A DNA stretch of 64,000 nucleotides, from assembly GCF_902459465.1 (NCBI RefSeq), contig NC_047083.1, forward strand, positions 992,001-1,056,000. Reading direction: 5' to 3'. The notes under the pieces were generated by a model. That model was not told the origin of the DNA, ran no database searches, and worked only from the letters and a program-made list of their open reading frames with translations. The stretch is from Asterias rubens. Lineage: Eukaryota. Both the position numbers and the translations under genes were made by a program. Positions 1-11,232 of this stretch are shown one piece after another (the stretch's first letter is position 1; every line of letters begins with the position of its first letter).

Positions 1-317
1 CTACAGGGACTGTGGCACAGACATTAGTCTCAAAATCATTTAAAAAAAACCATTTGACTAAGGTCATGGTTGAATGAAAGTGGTCGCTGCTTGCTCTAGC
101 TAGTGCCACTAGAAACACTTGAGGCTACACATGAAGCGCAACAGTTGACGAATCTGAATGATCAGACCAACCATTCTATGAAGGGGGTATTTACGTAAGA
201 GTACAAATATTTTTGTGATTGGAAGGGTAGTTAATTTTAAACCTTAAAAAGTGCAATTAAAAGATTTGCTTTCTGATTTTTTTCTTTTTAAAACAGGACG
301 TTCAAAACATAGAAAAG

Positions 318-1391
318 ATGAAGCATCAAACGGAAGAACGTCCAAAAGAGAAATCTTTTGTTTGTGATATTTGTGGCAAATCCTTTCAGCGTCAAGTTCA
401 AATGACCAATCACCAGCGTGTCCACACTGGAGAGAAACCATTTGCCTGTGATCTTTGTGGAAAAGCCTTCTCACAAAAACACAGCTTGACATATCATCAG
501 CGAGTCCACACGGGCGAGAAACCATTTGTTTGCAATATTTGTGGCAAAGATTTTTCACAAAAAAAGAACCTAAGCACTCATCAGCTGGTCCACACTGGAG
601 AGAAACCATTTGTTTGTGACATTTGTGGAAGAGCTTTCTCTCATAAACATACCCTGACCGGTCATCAGCGTGCCCACATTGGAGAGAAACCATTCGCATG
701 TGACGTGTGTGGAAAAGCCTTTTCACGTAAGAAGACCCTTACTAGTCATAAGGATGTCCACACTGAAGAGAAACCATTTGTTTGTGACGTTTGTGGGAAA
801 GCCTTTAAGCGCAAAGGGCAAAGGACAATCCATCAAAGTGTCCACACTGGAGAGAAATCTTTTGTTTGTGATATTTGCGGGAAAGCTTTCACGCATAAAC
901 ATCACTTGACGAACCATCATCAAGGCGTGCACACTGCAGAGAGACCCTTCGTTTGTGATATTTGCGGAAATAGTTACAAACAAAAAGGAGATTTAAAAAA
1001 TCACCAGAGATTTCACACTGGAGAGAGACCATTTGTTTGTAATGTTTGCAGGAAAAACTTCTCAAATAAACCGAACCTTATTGCCCATCAACTTGTCCAT
1101 TCTGAACTGAAGCGTTTTGCTTGTAATATTTGTGGAAAAGCCTTCAAACGTAAAGGCCATTTAACAATTCATCAGCGAATACACACTGGAGAGAAAAGAT
1201 TCGTTTGTGACCTTTGCGGAAAAGCCTTCTTAAATAAGACTAACCTAACCACCCATCAGCTTGTCCACACGGAAATGAAGCGGTTTGTTTGTAACACATG
1301 TGGAAAAGCTTTTAAACGCAATGGCCAGTTAACTGTTCATCAGCGTATGCATACTGCAGCCAAACCATTGTTTGTGACATTTGTAGGATAG
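318..1391 (+). CDS. ZNF-1: C2H2 zinc-finger protein, 12 tandem fingers
   Basis: 12 CxxC-x12-HxxxH units with TGEKP-type linkers. Acceptor tttttaaaacAG at 295-296 is in frame (DVQNIEK-M), so an upstream coding exon is possible. The ORF ends through an apparent 1-bp deletion in a 13th finger. Confidence 0.92.
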   Translation: MKHQTEERPKEKSFVCDICGKSFQRQVQMTNHQRVHTGEKPFACDLCGKAFSQKHSLTYHQRVHTGEKPFVCNICGKDFSQKKNLSTHQLVHTGEKPFVCDICGRAFSHKHTLTGHQRAHIGEKPFACDVCGKAFSRKKTLTSHKDVHTEEKPFVCDVCGKAFKRKGQRTIHQSVHTGEKSFVCDICGKAFTHKHHLTNHHQGVHTAERPFVCDICGNSYKQKGDLKNHQRFHTGERPFVCNVCRKNFSNKPNLIAHQLVHSELKRFACNICGKAFKRKGHLTIHQRIHTGEKRFVCDLCGKAFLNKTNLTTHQLVHTEMKRFVCNTCGKAFKRNGQLTVHQRMHTAAKPLFVTFVG

Positions 1392-1729
1392 GCTTCTAAC
1401 TCATCAAATCATTCTATGCAGAGAGCATCCACTCTTGAGAGAAACCCTTCGTTTTAAAGGGTCTGCAGCTGGTTTCACGAAACGCTAGGATTAATCCTAT
1501 CTTGAGTTAGGACAAGTAACTCGTCCTAACTTTGGATGGGTTCAATGCGTCGTAGCGTCTATGGATTGGGAACTTAACTCATCCTCAGTCCTAAGATTAA
1601 TCCTAAGTTAGGAAGAGTTTGGTGAAATCAACGGCTGGGTACTTTTTGTAGGACACAAAACACAATGTCCACAGATTTACATCAAACTCACACAGTTTGA
1701 AGCAAATAATGTTCGAAAGCTTCCTTTAA

Positions 1730-2034
1730 AGGCACTGGAAACTATTGGTAATTGTCAAAAAGACCAGTATTCTCACTTGGTGTATCCTAACATATGAAAT
1801 GCATAAAAATAACAAATCTGTGAAAATTTTGATTCAATTGGGCATCAAAGTAAGTTGCTAGAGAATAATGAAAGAAGACAAAAAACATTACAGAACTTTG
1901 TGTGCTTTCAGATGCATAATAAACAGCTTTTAGCTGTTGTCACAAACTTTTATCAACAGCTCTCCATTGCTTGTTACAAAGTAAATTTTAATGCCACCAT
2001 TATTTTGAGTAATTACCAATAGTGTTCAGTGCCT
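1730..2034. mobile_element. TTAA-TSD MITE family K1 (Kolobok-like)
   Basis: TIR AGGCACTGGAAACTATTGG...CCAATAGTGTTCAGTGCCT between TTAA sites; inserted into a K2 fragment (1637-1725). Confidence 0.8.
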
Positions 2035-4593
2035 TTAAGCGACAATTTAAACAGAAATGATGATGCTTGAATCTATGCATGGTGTGCATAGAAATTACTA
2101 TAACTAGTAAACTTGCAGGCTTATACAACCATAAGTTTAGCCTCTTTCGAGAGGAGTGTGTGGTCTGAAAAGAGCCTGTGTGGTCTCAATTGTTTTGAAC
2201 AGTTGAATCTACTTCTCCTGAAGACGAGCAGAGTATAAGTCTGGAATGAAACATCAAGACCGCACCAGCTGTGGTATTTGCCCAAAGTTCTTGCTTGTAA
2301 ACTCTGAGTTATATGCCTACATCTTTGCAAGACGTTCTAAATTTATCAGCCATTGAAACAGTAACCTTTGTGTTTAAAAGAACCAACATAATATGTCTTT
2401 ATTTAGTTTTGATTTTTTTCTTTAAACTGGTTGCAGAGTGATGCATCTATTTTATTATTACACATGTTTTTATATGTCATTCTTCATGAATTGCTTAGTA
2501 GTATTTTGCTATCATTAGTAGACTTAATCTTCACAGTTTTAAATTTTTACTAAATACTACAAAGTGTTGTTTTTTGTAAACAAAACAAAGTCTATGGTGC
2601 AGAAAAATTTGCCCTCTGTCACTAAACTTAATTTCTGCCACAATCTTTGCCATGTTTCCGGTATTCAGTACCAGTAATAAATGATAATACTCATTTCACA
2701 AAAAAAGAACCAGACTCTTTGTTCTTTCAGTCTCAGTTTGATTACACTTAATTGGATTGGAGTACAACAAGATCCAAGATGTTAAATGGTCAAGATGGGT
2801 TTTCCTACTGGAAAATTTACACGTTTTTTATGTCGGGTTGTGCTCAGTGGTCATGGGTAGTTGCGGCTGGCTGCCAAATGCACACTTGATCTCATCCTAA
2901 ATTTCCCATTGATTAGAAATCTTGAAAACATTTCTTATTCTTATACTTTATTTGAATCTGAGAAACAATTCATGCATGAATTCTTTTTCAGATTTCTGAG
3001 GATTGAGGTCCAGGCATTAATGCTGTGGCTACTGATGCAGTTTGTACACTCTTTTACCTTGCTAAATATGAAAATACCGGGACTTTTTTCTCTCTGTGTT
3101 CTCAGCAAATCAACACTGTTTTCGGTTGAACCTTCCACATGTGACTTGTATTTTTACTTGATATTTTTGCTAATAAATCAGAATATCATTAGCAAAAAAC
3201 AAATGGTCTTTATGTTTTTTGTAAATTTGTGTTTTTGGTTTTTTTTTGGAGCAATGTTCCCCATATAATTTTGAGCAGGGACAAACGTTCAATTTCTTCC
3301 AAAAACTTTTAAAGTGTGTATATTTTTATGTCCAAAGTTTTTTTTTTTAGCATTTTGCATTATTTACTATTTGCGAGTTGATTTATTGGTAGCGGCGGGT
3401 GCACCTCGCCCCATTGGGGGTGTTTGCCTGTCTTCAAGGCGTTCATGGCGGCATCAGCGGTTTCTGAATGGTTCCACTTTATGCATGCAATAGGTAGCTT
3501 TTAAAAGGGGTCTTTTAAATTTCCTTTCTTTGATGGTTGTCTTTGGCACCCCCCCCCCCCCCCGGATATTTCGTTGACGCTCTTTTCTTCTTCGTCTTCC
3601 GGTTGTTGCTAAGGACTCTTAATGCACCCCCCCCCCCCCCCCCCGATCCCTCGCCGCACAAAAAGTCATAGAGCTATCAATAATGCACAAAGTGCTTACT
3701 ACTAAACCTCTATTACTTTACGCCAGTTCATTTGCATGCATTGTATTATAGTACCAACTTCTATGCGAGCTTATCCACATACGTACAGAGGATTTTAATT
3801 GGATTATCGACCCTGTGTGACTCAATGGTTTATAATGTTTTGGCGGGAGTGGTGTGTTTTGACTTGCATTTTGTAGTCGGAGCAGTTTCCCCTTCTATGC
3901 TGGGAACACATTCATGACCGACATGACAAGCAATATTTCAGTCGATCCTACAGCGCCGTTGATCGCCGGCCGACCATCATCCTGCTAAAACAATAAAAGA
4001 CACTAAAGGTACGTAAAGTACACGTGGTGACCCAAGTAGACCGGGGAGAGGAAAACGGTTAGATATTTCCTACATTCACTCGTCTTGTTTCAGAGCAAGG
4101 TGCGACTATAAATATTAAGTGCCAAGTTACACCGTCCGGTTTGAGCTTCGTGGTGGATCAGTGGATGATCTCTGGATGATCTCTGGTACCATTGAGGGAA
4201 CTCCGTGGTGAGAGTACACAAATTAATAGAAACAATCCTGGGCTGGGTGTGCTATTATGCTGAGTGGCATACGCACACAGTGGACTTCACTGATGTAGAG
4301 CTTTTCACTCCTCTCCCAATCTCATCACTGTTCTGTCAGCATATCTTCACGGTCTCAGATAGACATGATATGATAGAGATCTTATTCTCCCTGCTTTTTA
4401 ATTGCATTTATGGGATTACTGTGACGGATTTTTAGGAAATTTGGGCAGACAGGTATTTCCCTGCCCCTCCAAAATAAAAACTGACTGAAAGTTTCAAACC
4501 TAAAATTGCTTAACAGCAAGAAAAAAGGTTTTAAATTTTTGGGGCCATTTCTGGAAAATTTGTCGACTATTGACGACTTCAGTTTTGAAAAAT

Positions 4594-6306
4594 ATGGAGA
4601 CTGGAAAAGAATTTGTTTGTGATGTTTGTGGAAAAGCCTTCTCATATGAATCCAAACTGATCACCCATCAGCGTGTCCACACTAAAGCGAAACCATTTGA
4701 CTGTGAAGTTTGTGGTAAAAGCTTCGCATCGAAAGGGTCAGTGACAGTTCATCAACGTGTCCACACTGGAGAGAAACCATTTGACTGTGACATATGTGGA
4801 AAAGCCTTCGCGGTAAAATCTCATGTGACAACCCATCGTCGTGTTCACACTGGAGAGAGACCGTATGCTTGTGATCTTTGTGGACAAGGTTTTGCGACGA
4901 AAGGTAACCTGCAACTTCATCATACGCGTAACCATACTTCAGAGAAACCGTTTGTTTGTGTTACTTGTGGCAAATCCTTTGCTGAAAAAATCCAACTTGT
5001 TAGACATCAGCGTGTTCGCACTGGAGAGAAACTGTTTAGTTGTGATGTTTGTGGAAAAGCATTCGCTGAATCTAAAGCTTTGAGAATACATCAGCGTATC
5101 CACACTGGAGAGAAACCATATATTTGTAATGTTTGTGGAAAAGCTTTCAGACAAAGTGGTTCCTTGAACACCCATCAGCTTGTCCACACTGGAGAAAAAC
5201 CATTTGACTGCGACGTTTGTGGTAAAGCCTTCTCGATAAAATTACATCTAAGACGCCATCAGCGTATCCACACTGGAGAGAAACCATTTGGTTGCGATGT
5301 TTGTGGAAAAGCTTTTCCACGGCAAGATGCTCTGGTAAATCATCAGCGTGTCCACACTGGAGAGAAACCATTTGGTTGTGATCTTTGTGGACAATTCTTC
5401 AAATGTAAAGCTTATGTGACCACCCATCAGCAGCTAGTCCACAATGGAGAGAAAGATTTTGCTTGTGAATTTTGTGGGAAATGTTTCGGGAGTAAAAGTT
5501 ACAGGGACATCCATCTGCGTCTTCACACCGGAGAGAAACCATATTGTTGTAACGTTTGCGGAAAAGCCTTCCCAATCAAAGGTAATTTGATCTCTCATCA
5601 GCGTGTCCACACAGAAGAGAAGCCTTTTGATTGTGATGTTTGTGGACAATTCTTCAAAACACAAGCTTATGTAATCGCCCATCAAGAGCGTGTCCACAGT
5701 GAAGAGAAAGGTTTTGCTTGTGAAATTTGTGGGAAATGTTTTGCTGATAAAACCCAACTTGTTAGACATCAGCGTGTTCGCACTGGAGAGAAACTGTTTA
5801 GTTGTGATGTTTGTGGAAAAGCATTCGCTGAATCTAAAGCTTTGAGAATACATCAGCATATCCACACTGGAGAGAAACCATATATTTGTAATGTTTGTGG
5901 AAAAGCTTTCAGACAAAGTGGTTCCTTGAACACCCATCAGCTTGTCCACACTGGAGAAAAACCATTTGACTGCGACGTTTGTGGTAAAGCCTTCTCGATA
6001 AAATTACATCTAAGACGCCATCAGCGTATCCACACTGGAGAGAAACCATTTGGTTGCGATGTTTGTGGAAAAGCTTTTTCACGGCAAGATGCTCTGGTAA
6101 ATCATCAGCGTGTCCACACAGAAGAGAAGCCTTTTGATTGTGATGTTTGTGGACAATTCTTCAAAACACAAGCTTATGTAATCGCCCATCAAGAGCGTGT
6201 CCACAGTGAAGAGAAAGCTTTTGCTTGTGAAATTTGTGGGAAATGTTTTGGAAGTAAAATTTCCAGGAACACCCATCACAAAATCCACGCTAAAAAGAGA
6301 CCATAA
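4594..6306 (+). CDS. ZNF-2: C2H2 zinc-finger protein, 20 fingers (two with the second His replaced by Arg)
   Basis: First ATG at 4594 (the ORF track starts at TTG 4570). The frame is open back to an acceptor at 4515-4516. Candidate 5' exons have donors at 4009 and 4208 (low confidence). Contains near-identical internal duplications. Confidence 0.92.
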   Translation: METGKEFVCDVCGKAFSYESKLITHQRVHTKAKPFDCEVCGKSFASKGSVTVHQRVHTGEKPFDCDICGKAFAVKSHVTTHRRVHTGERPYACDLCGQGFATKGNLQLHHTRNHTSEKPFVCVTCGKSFAEKIQLVRHQRVRTGEKLFSCDVCGKAFAESKALRIHQRIHTGEKPYICNVCGKAFRQSGSLNTHQLVHTGEKPFDCDVCGKAFSIKLHLRRHQRIHTGEKPFGCDVCGKAFPRQDALVNHQRVHTGEKPFGCDLCGQFFKCKAYVTTHQQLVHNGEKDFACEFCGKCFGSKSYRDIHLRLHTGEKPYCCNVCGKAFPIKGNLISHQRVHTEEKPFDCDVCGQFFKTQAYVIAHQERVHSEEKGFACEICGKCFADKTQLVRHQRVRTGEKLFSCDVCGKAFAESKALRIHQHIHTGEKPYICNVCGKAFRQSGSLNTHQLVHTGEKPFDCDVCGKAFSIKLHLRRHQRIHTGEKPFGCDVCGKAFSRQDALVNHQRVHTEEKPFDCDVCGQFFKTQAYVIAHQERVHSEEKAFACEICGKCFGSKISRNTHHKIHAKKRP

Positions 6307-7617
6307 TTTTTGTTAAATAAAAAAAATTATGGTCTCTGTTGTTGTGACGTTTGTGGAAGAGGGTTGGCAACTAGTGGTTACTTGGGGTCTCATCGGCGTG
6401 TCCACACTAGAAAGAAAACATTATGATTTTGACCATTTAGTGGAGAAACCTTTTCTTGTTGATAGTGTAACCTAACATGTCATCAGCAGCTTGTCCACAC
6501 CTGGGTCCAATTTCATGGCTCTGCTTGCCGTTAGCACAGAACCAGCGCTAATGGAAGCAGAGAATTTTGTATACATGCAAGCGTATTTCACAAGCAGCTA
6601 GTGGCGATTTTTGGCTTCTGCGCATGTGTACTAAACATTACTAGGCATTCTACGCTTACAAGGCTAGTGCAGAAATTCGGCATAGACACACAGAACTCTG
6701 AGATTGGATAATGGTGTCAAATCCAAGTTTTTGGTTGTTGTATAAATAAAATTTATTCACAAGTCTACACTTCTGAGAGATAATTTCTTTCTGACATTTT
6801 CTGGAAACCCCTTTAGCAGACCGTAACTCACAATTTAAGAATTTCAGGAAACTTAAAAGGCAACCCCAAAACAGAGACAATTTTTGACATTTGTGGGCTA
6901 AGCTTTTACAGGAAGAATTGTTGCAACTACCAACCAGTCAGGAGGCCATTATTGTCCAGAAATATTGTCATATTGATATTTTCTTTGAGTTAAAAAAAAA
7001 AAAAAAAAAATCCAATACAGTCAAGAGAGTCTTTTTGTTCGATGTGACATTTGTGGAAAAGCCTTCTCTTGACGACCACAAAGGAGAGTTCATACCGAAG
7101 TCAAACCTTTCGTGAACAAATACTGTATTATTTTTTCACTGGGGAGAGATAATGTCTTTGTGACTTTAAAAGCTTTTACACATTAAAACACAATGAAGAC
7201 CAGCAAAGGATCCAAACAGAAGCAAAGTTTTGATCCGATCAAATAAAAAAAGGTGTTTGTTGACCACAGTAATTTTTTGTTTGTTGATACATTTCAACAA
7301 AATGGCATAATCTATGCTTTAATTCGTTTAAACCCTGTGCTGATACCACTTTTGGTTACTAAAGTTGTAGACAATCTAGATGTGCAAGTGAATTAAACTG
7401 GGAAAAGAGGTTTTGAAGTCACTGTTAATTGACCACATCAACACCTTTTCATTATTTGTTAATTTTAACCCTTTTTTTTAAATATGTATTAGGTTTTGGT
7501 ATAAAATAATAATTTTGTCATTTAGGCCTAACTGTACATTTTTTTCTTTCTCAGTTTAAACTGTGTTGGCCTGTATTTCAAAGACTCATTTAGCTTGATC
7601 ACATCACATTTTCTTAA

Positions 7618-7945
7618 ACACACTGGACACCCTTTTGGTAATTGTCAAAGACCAGTCTTCTCACATGGTGTATCTCAACATTATACACAAAATAACAAAC
7701 CTGTGAAAATTTGAACTCAAGTGGTCATCGAAGTTTCAAACAAAATGCTTGTCACAGTAAGCTTTGTGCTTTCAGTGGTCTTTAAATCAAATTTGTGGAA
7801 AATAACTTCTTTCTCGAAAAATACGTTTCTTCACAGGGAGCCGTTTCTCACAAAGATTTATACTAGAAACTCTCAATTGCTCGTTACCAAGTAGGTTTTT
7901 ATGCCAACAAATATATTCAGTAATAACCAATAGTGTCCACTGCCT
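7618..7945. mobile_element. MITE K1 (Kolobok-like)
   Basis: Same body and TIRs as other K1 copies; TTAA on both sides. Confidence 0.8.
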
Positions 7946-8820
7946 TTAAGTGAAATCATGTGTGACTTTATTTTAATGAGCTCTATTTTTATATGTAGTG
8001 TGTAAGATTTGTGGAAACCATTGACTGTATTTTTGACCCCATGAGGGCGCTTTCAATGAATTTCTGTGCTTTTTGATGGTAGTTTTATCTAAAGGCCTGT
8101 CCGAACTGACGGCTACAGTCTACATGTACATCTAGTAGGAATTTGGAAGCACAAGGGAAGAGTGAGAAAAGTAGCTGAAACAATAGACTTGATGACAAGA
8201 AATTATCACTGCCCCCCCCCCCTCCCCCCAAACACATGTTGCGACTGACTCACACACATACTGGGATCGAGGGTGTGTGTACCGTCCCCGTAACCACTCC
8301 GCGCTAAACAATTACCGTCTTGACTTCAAGACTACTGAAACTAGAGAGCTAGGACACAAACCTCTGCAAGGGTCAAAACATCAAGCCTTAAACTTTTATT
8401 TGCTTTATAAATGTAAAATGTCATTTTGGTTAAGGGTAAGCGGTTTGCAATAACTAAATCTGTTTTCTTTTCTTTTTTTAAAGGAGTACTGTGTTATTTG
8501 TGTTAACTTGTATTTTAGTTTAGCTTTAAGTGCTTTCGGGTAATTTGATGTGTCGTTTTAACTGATAACATTTGTAGCAATTTAACTTTTGTACTAGAAA
8601 TACTTTTTTGAGTGAACCAAAAACAATAGTAGTCTAGTTATCCTGTGAGGATTTGTTTTGAAGAGAAATTATTTGTAATATAAAAGATGTCAGTAATTTT
8701 GACAAAGGAGACAGAAATAAAAACAATAGGATCAGGACTGACCTTTGTTCGGACTTTGATTTGTTTTGATGATTTAGACAAACCTCAGTATGAGGTGGGA
8801 AGGGAAGACTAATCTTGCTT

Positions 8821-9020
8821 GCCCCAATTTCAAAGAGCTGCTAAGCACACAAAAGTTTGCCTAGCATGAAATTTCTTCCTTGATAAAAAAAGAATTACCA
8901 ACCAAATTTCCCACAGATATGCAACATATAGAAATTTGATGGGTAATTTTGTTTTTATCAAGGAAGGAATGTCATGCTAAGGACATTTTTTGTGCTAAGC
9001 AGCTCTTTGAAAATGTGCCC
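8821..9020. mobile_element. MITE family P4 (GGCCCAATTTCA-type TIR)
   Basis: Inverted termini GCCCCAATTTCAAAGAGCTGCTAAGCAC / GTGCTAAGCAGCTCTTTGAAAATGTGCCC. Related copies start at about 6503, 22017, 57201 and 58561. Confidence 0.7.
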
Positions 9021-9533
9021 TCTGGTCTCTATTTTGTGATTTGAAAACCAGTACTCATCACTTATAGCATACAGGGAACGTGACACAGAGTAAGGTATAG
9101 AAATCAACTTAAAGAGTTTACGATGTAATGATGAATTTGAAGTTTTAGTGGACAATGCAATGTCATTATCAGCCTTCATTGTTTTGTTTTTCTAGCACTC
9201 TTTATTGGTCAGTTGTAAAGAACCTCAGGCCTTTAGATGGGAGTCCACATAATTAAGAAATAATTATGCACTAAACACAAACAGCTTTGTCAAAAATCTG
9301 TCAAGTAAAATTGTTGGCTCAAAGATAAAAACTGCATGTATTTTCCAAACTCCAGAGTCTCCACCAGGATATATCATCATCGGATGGTGTTTTTTCCTGT
9401 ACATATTATGTACCATCCTCAAACAAAATGTTCCCGATGTTTTAAATCGATTCATAACACAAAAGTTACCCATTGGGCGTATGCACTGTCTCCGCCCCTT
9501 TTATTAATTTCTCACTAAACGCAGAAATGCATA

Positions 9534-9654
9534 GAGGGCGCTGCTGCAAAGAGCTCAATTGATTAGAACGTTCTTTTTGTGTGTGCGTCGAGAAAGTGAT
9601 TGGTGGACTTGAAAACTTGTATTTTTCACACGTCTGTCGACAAGAATGGTAAGT
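9534..9654 (+). promoter_or_regulatory. ZNF-3 promoter / non-coding exon 1 cassette
   Basis: GAGGGCGCTGC at 9534, AGCTCAA at 9552, donor GTAAGT at 9649. Same order and similar motif-to-donor spacing as the ZNF-4 and ZNF-5 cassettes. Confidence 0.6.
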
Positions 9655-10798
9655 TATATTTTACAATGAAGTGCATAACTTTAAAAATTTTAAAACCGTG
9701 GTTTCTACTCGTTGATAGGCGTAATCAGTTGACTTTGATTTGAAGAAGAACGTAAAAATATGAACCGTTTTTTTTTTGTACGGTGGGAATATGCTGTACA
9801 TCATATTCCATAGAGGAAGGACTGTATTGTCACTTGTGTAAAGACAACTCGTCAGTCCATGGAGCGGTCAGTCGGCGGACAACTCGACGGTTTAGACAAC
9901 TCGACCTTCGATACAACTCGACGTGTGTATATTAGTTACGTCATCACATAATATTGATAGATAGAGTCCTAGCCTAGCTAGACTAGTTTCCAGTAAAAAA
10001 TTAATCTCATGTCAGACTCGAGTCAATGTGCTTAGTTAATTAAAGTTTACATTTATTTACATTATTTAATAATTATTATTAGTATTATAAATATTAGGGC
10101 CTATAATAATATATATGTCATGATTTAATTTTTGCGTGAACCTCCTCAAATTAATCAGAATTATTCAAGAGCTCAAAAACTCATCTAAATCTCTCAAGGT
10201 CAAGCACTCATTTTTGACGTGAAACTGAAAACAGTCCACATCCAACCATGGTCGGACATGATGGAGGGTCCATGATCCAACCAACATTCAACAACTCCAA
10301 ACCATACCAAAGGCTTAATAGCTTGACATTGTCATTTGTTCAAATTTGGGGAGAAATTCTACAATACAAGTTAAAGTAAGACTGCAGTTTGTTTAAATAT
10401 TTACTGGACCAATCATGTTTTTTGCCAGAGACTTGGGGGTCCATAGCCCCACTTGTGTGGCCAAGGATAGCTGAATCCTTAGATCCTTGCCCACACAAAT
10501 GGGGCTAGGGGGTCCAATATCACTAGTTAATTGTTGCCTACTCCTAGAACTTCTGGTTTTGTCCGGCTATCGTCTCCCGTACGGGAGACGATAGCCGGAC
10601 GAAACCGAAATAGTTCTAGTAGTAGTTGTTGCCCTCCTCCTTCGTCGGGTCTTTGTGAAACCCGTCCCTGTCTACCTAAACATGACAATACAGTCATCAA
10701 GTTTCCATTGAAAAAAAAAAACTTTACAAGTGGCTTCCAGAAAATTATTTGTCACCCATTTGACCAGTTCCGGACTGGTTGATTACTCTATGATTCAA

Positions 10799-10971
10799 TA
10801 GACCTTATGCACAGGACGTCATTTCAGAAGGGCGCCCTCACCTAGAGGTCAAAAGCAGGTTGTTCATTGGCCAAGTCTGTGCGCCGCGCGTACAAATCTG
10901 TTTGTTTCGATTGTTATGTCACCGTTTTACCTCTAAGATGTCAGCTGGATGACGTCAACGCATAAGGTCTA
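10799..10971. mobile_element. TAGACCTTATGC-TIR MITE in ZNF-3 intron 1
   Basis: TIR TAGACCTTATGC/GCATAAGGTCTA; inverted copy at 63273-63438. Confidence 0.75.
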
Positions 10972-11232
10972 TTCTCAACAAATTCTAAGATGAACATTTT
11001 ATTTTATTACAAAGAAGATTACAGGTTACAAAAACATGTAAAATTATCAAAACTAAACTAGGTTTATACTGTACCAACATATTCCATTTTGTATAGTGTA
11101 CCTTGATGACATCATTTTTAATATTTTTAATATTAATTACTATTTTAAATTTCCTTTCATTTGTACAGCTGGCAATACTTTTCCTCAGACTTTAGAGCCT
11201 GGCTTGACACTGAGTCTGTAAGACTAAGAGTT

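Noticed and set aside
58-186. LRSWLNESGRCLL* and an in-frame donor at 187 upstream of ZNF-1, faintly like the ZNF-3/4 N-terminal region
   Set aside because: The similarity is short, interrupted by stops at 55-57 and 97-99, and cut off by the window edge. Not supportable without upstream sequence.
9843-9925. Four-fold ACAACTCGAC repeat in ZNF-3 intron 1 (similar short iterations near 30620-30660 and 57615-57660)
   Set aside because: Probably subterminal repeats of decayed DNA transposons. No ends or TSD could be defined.
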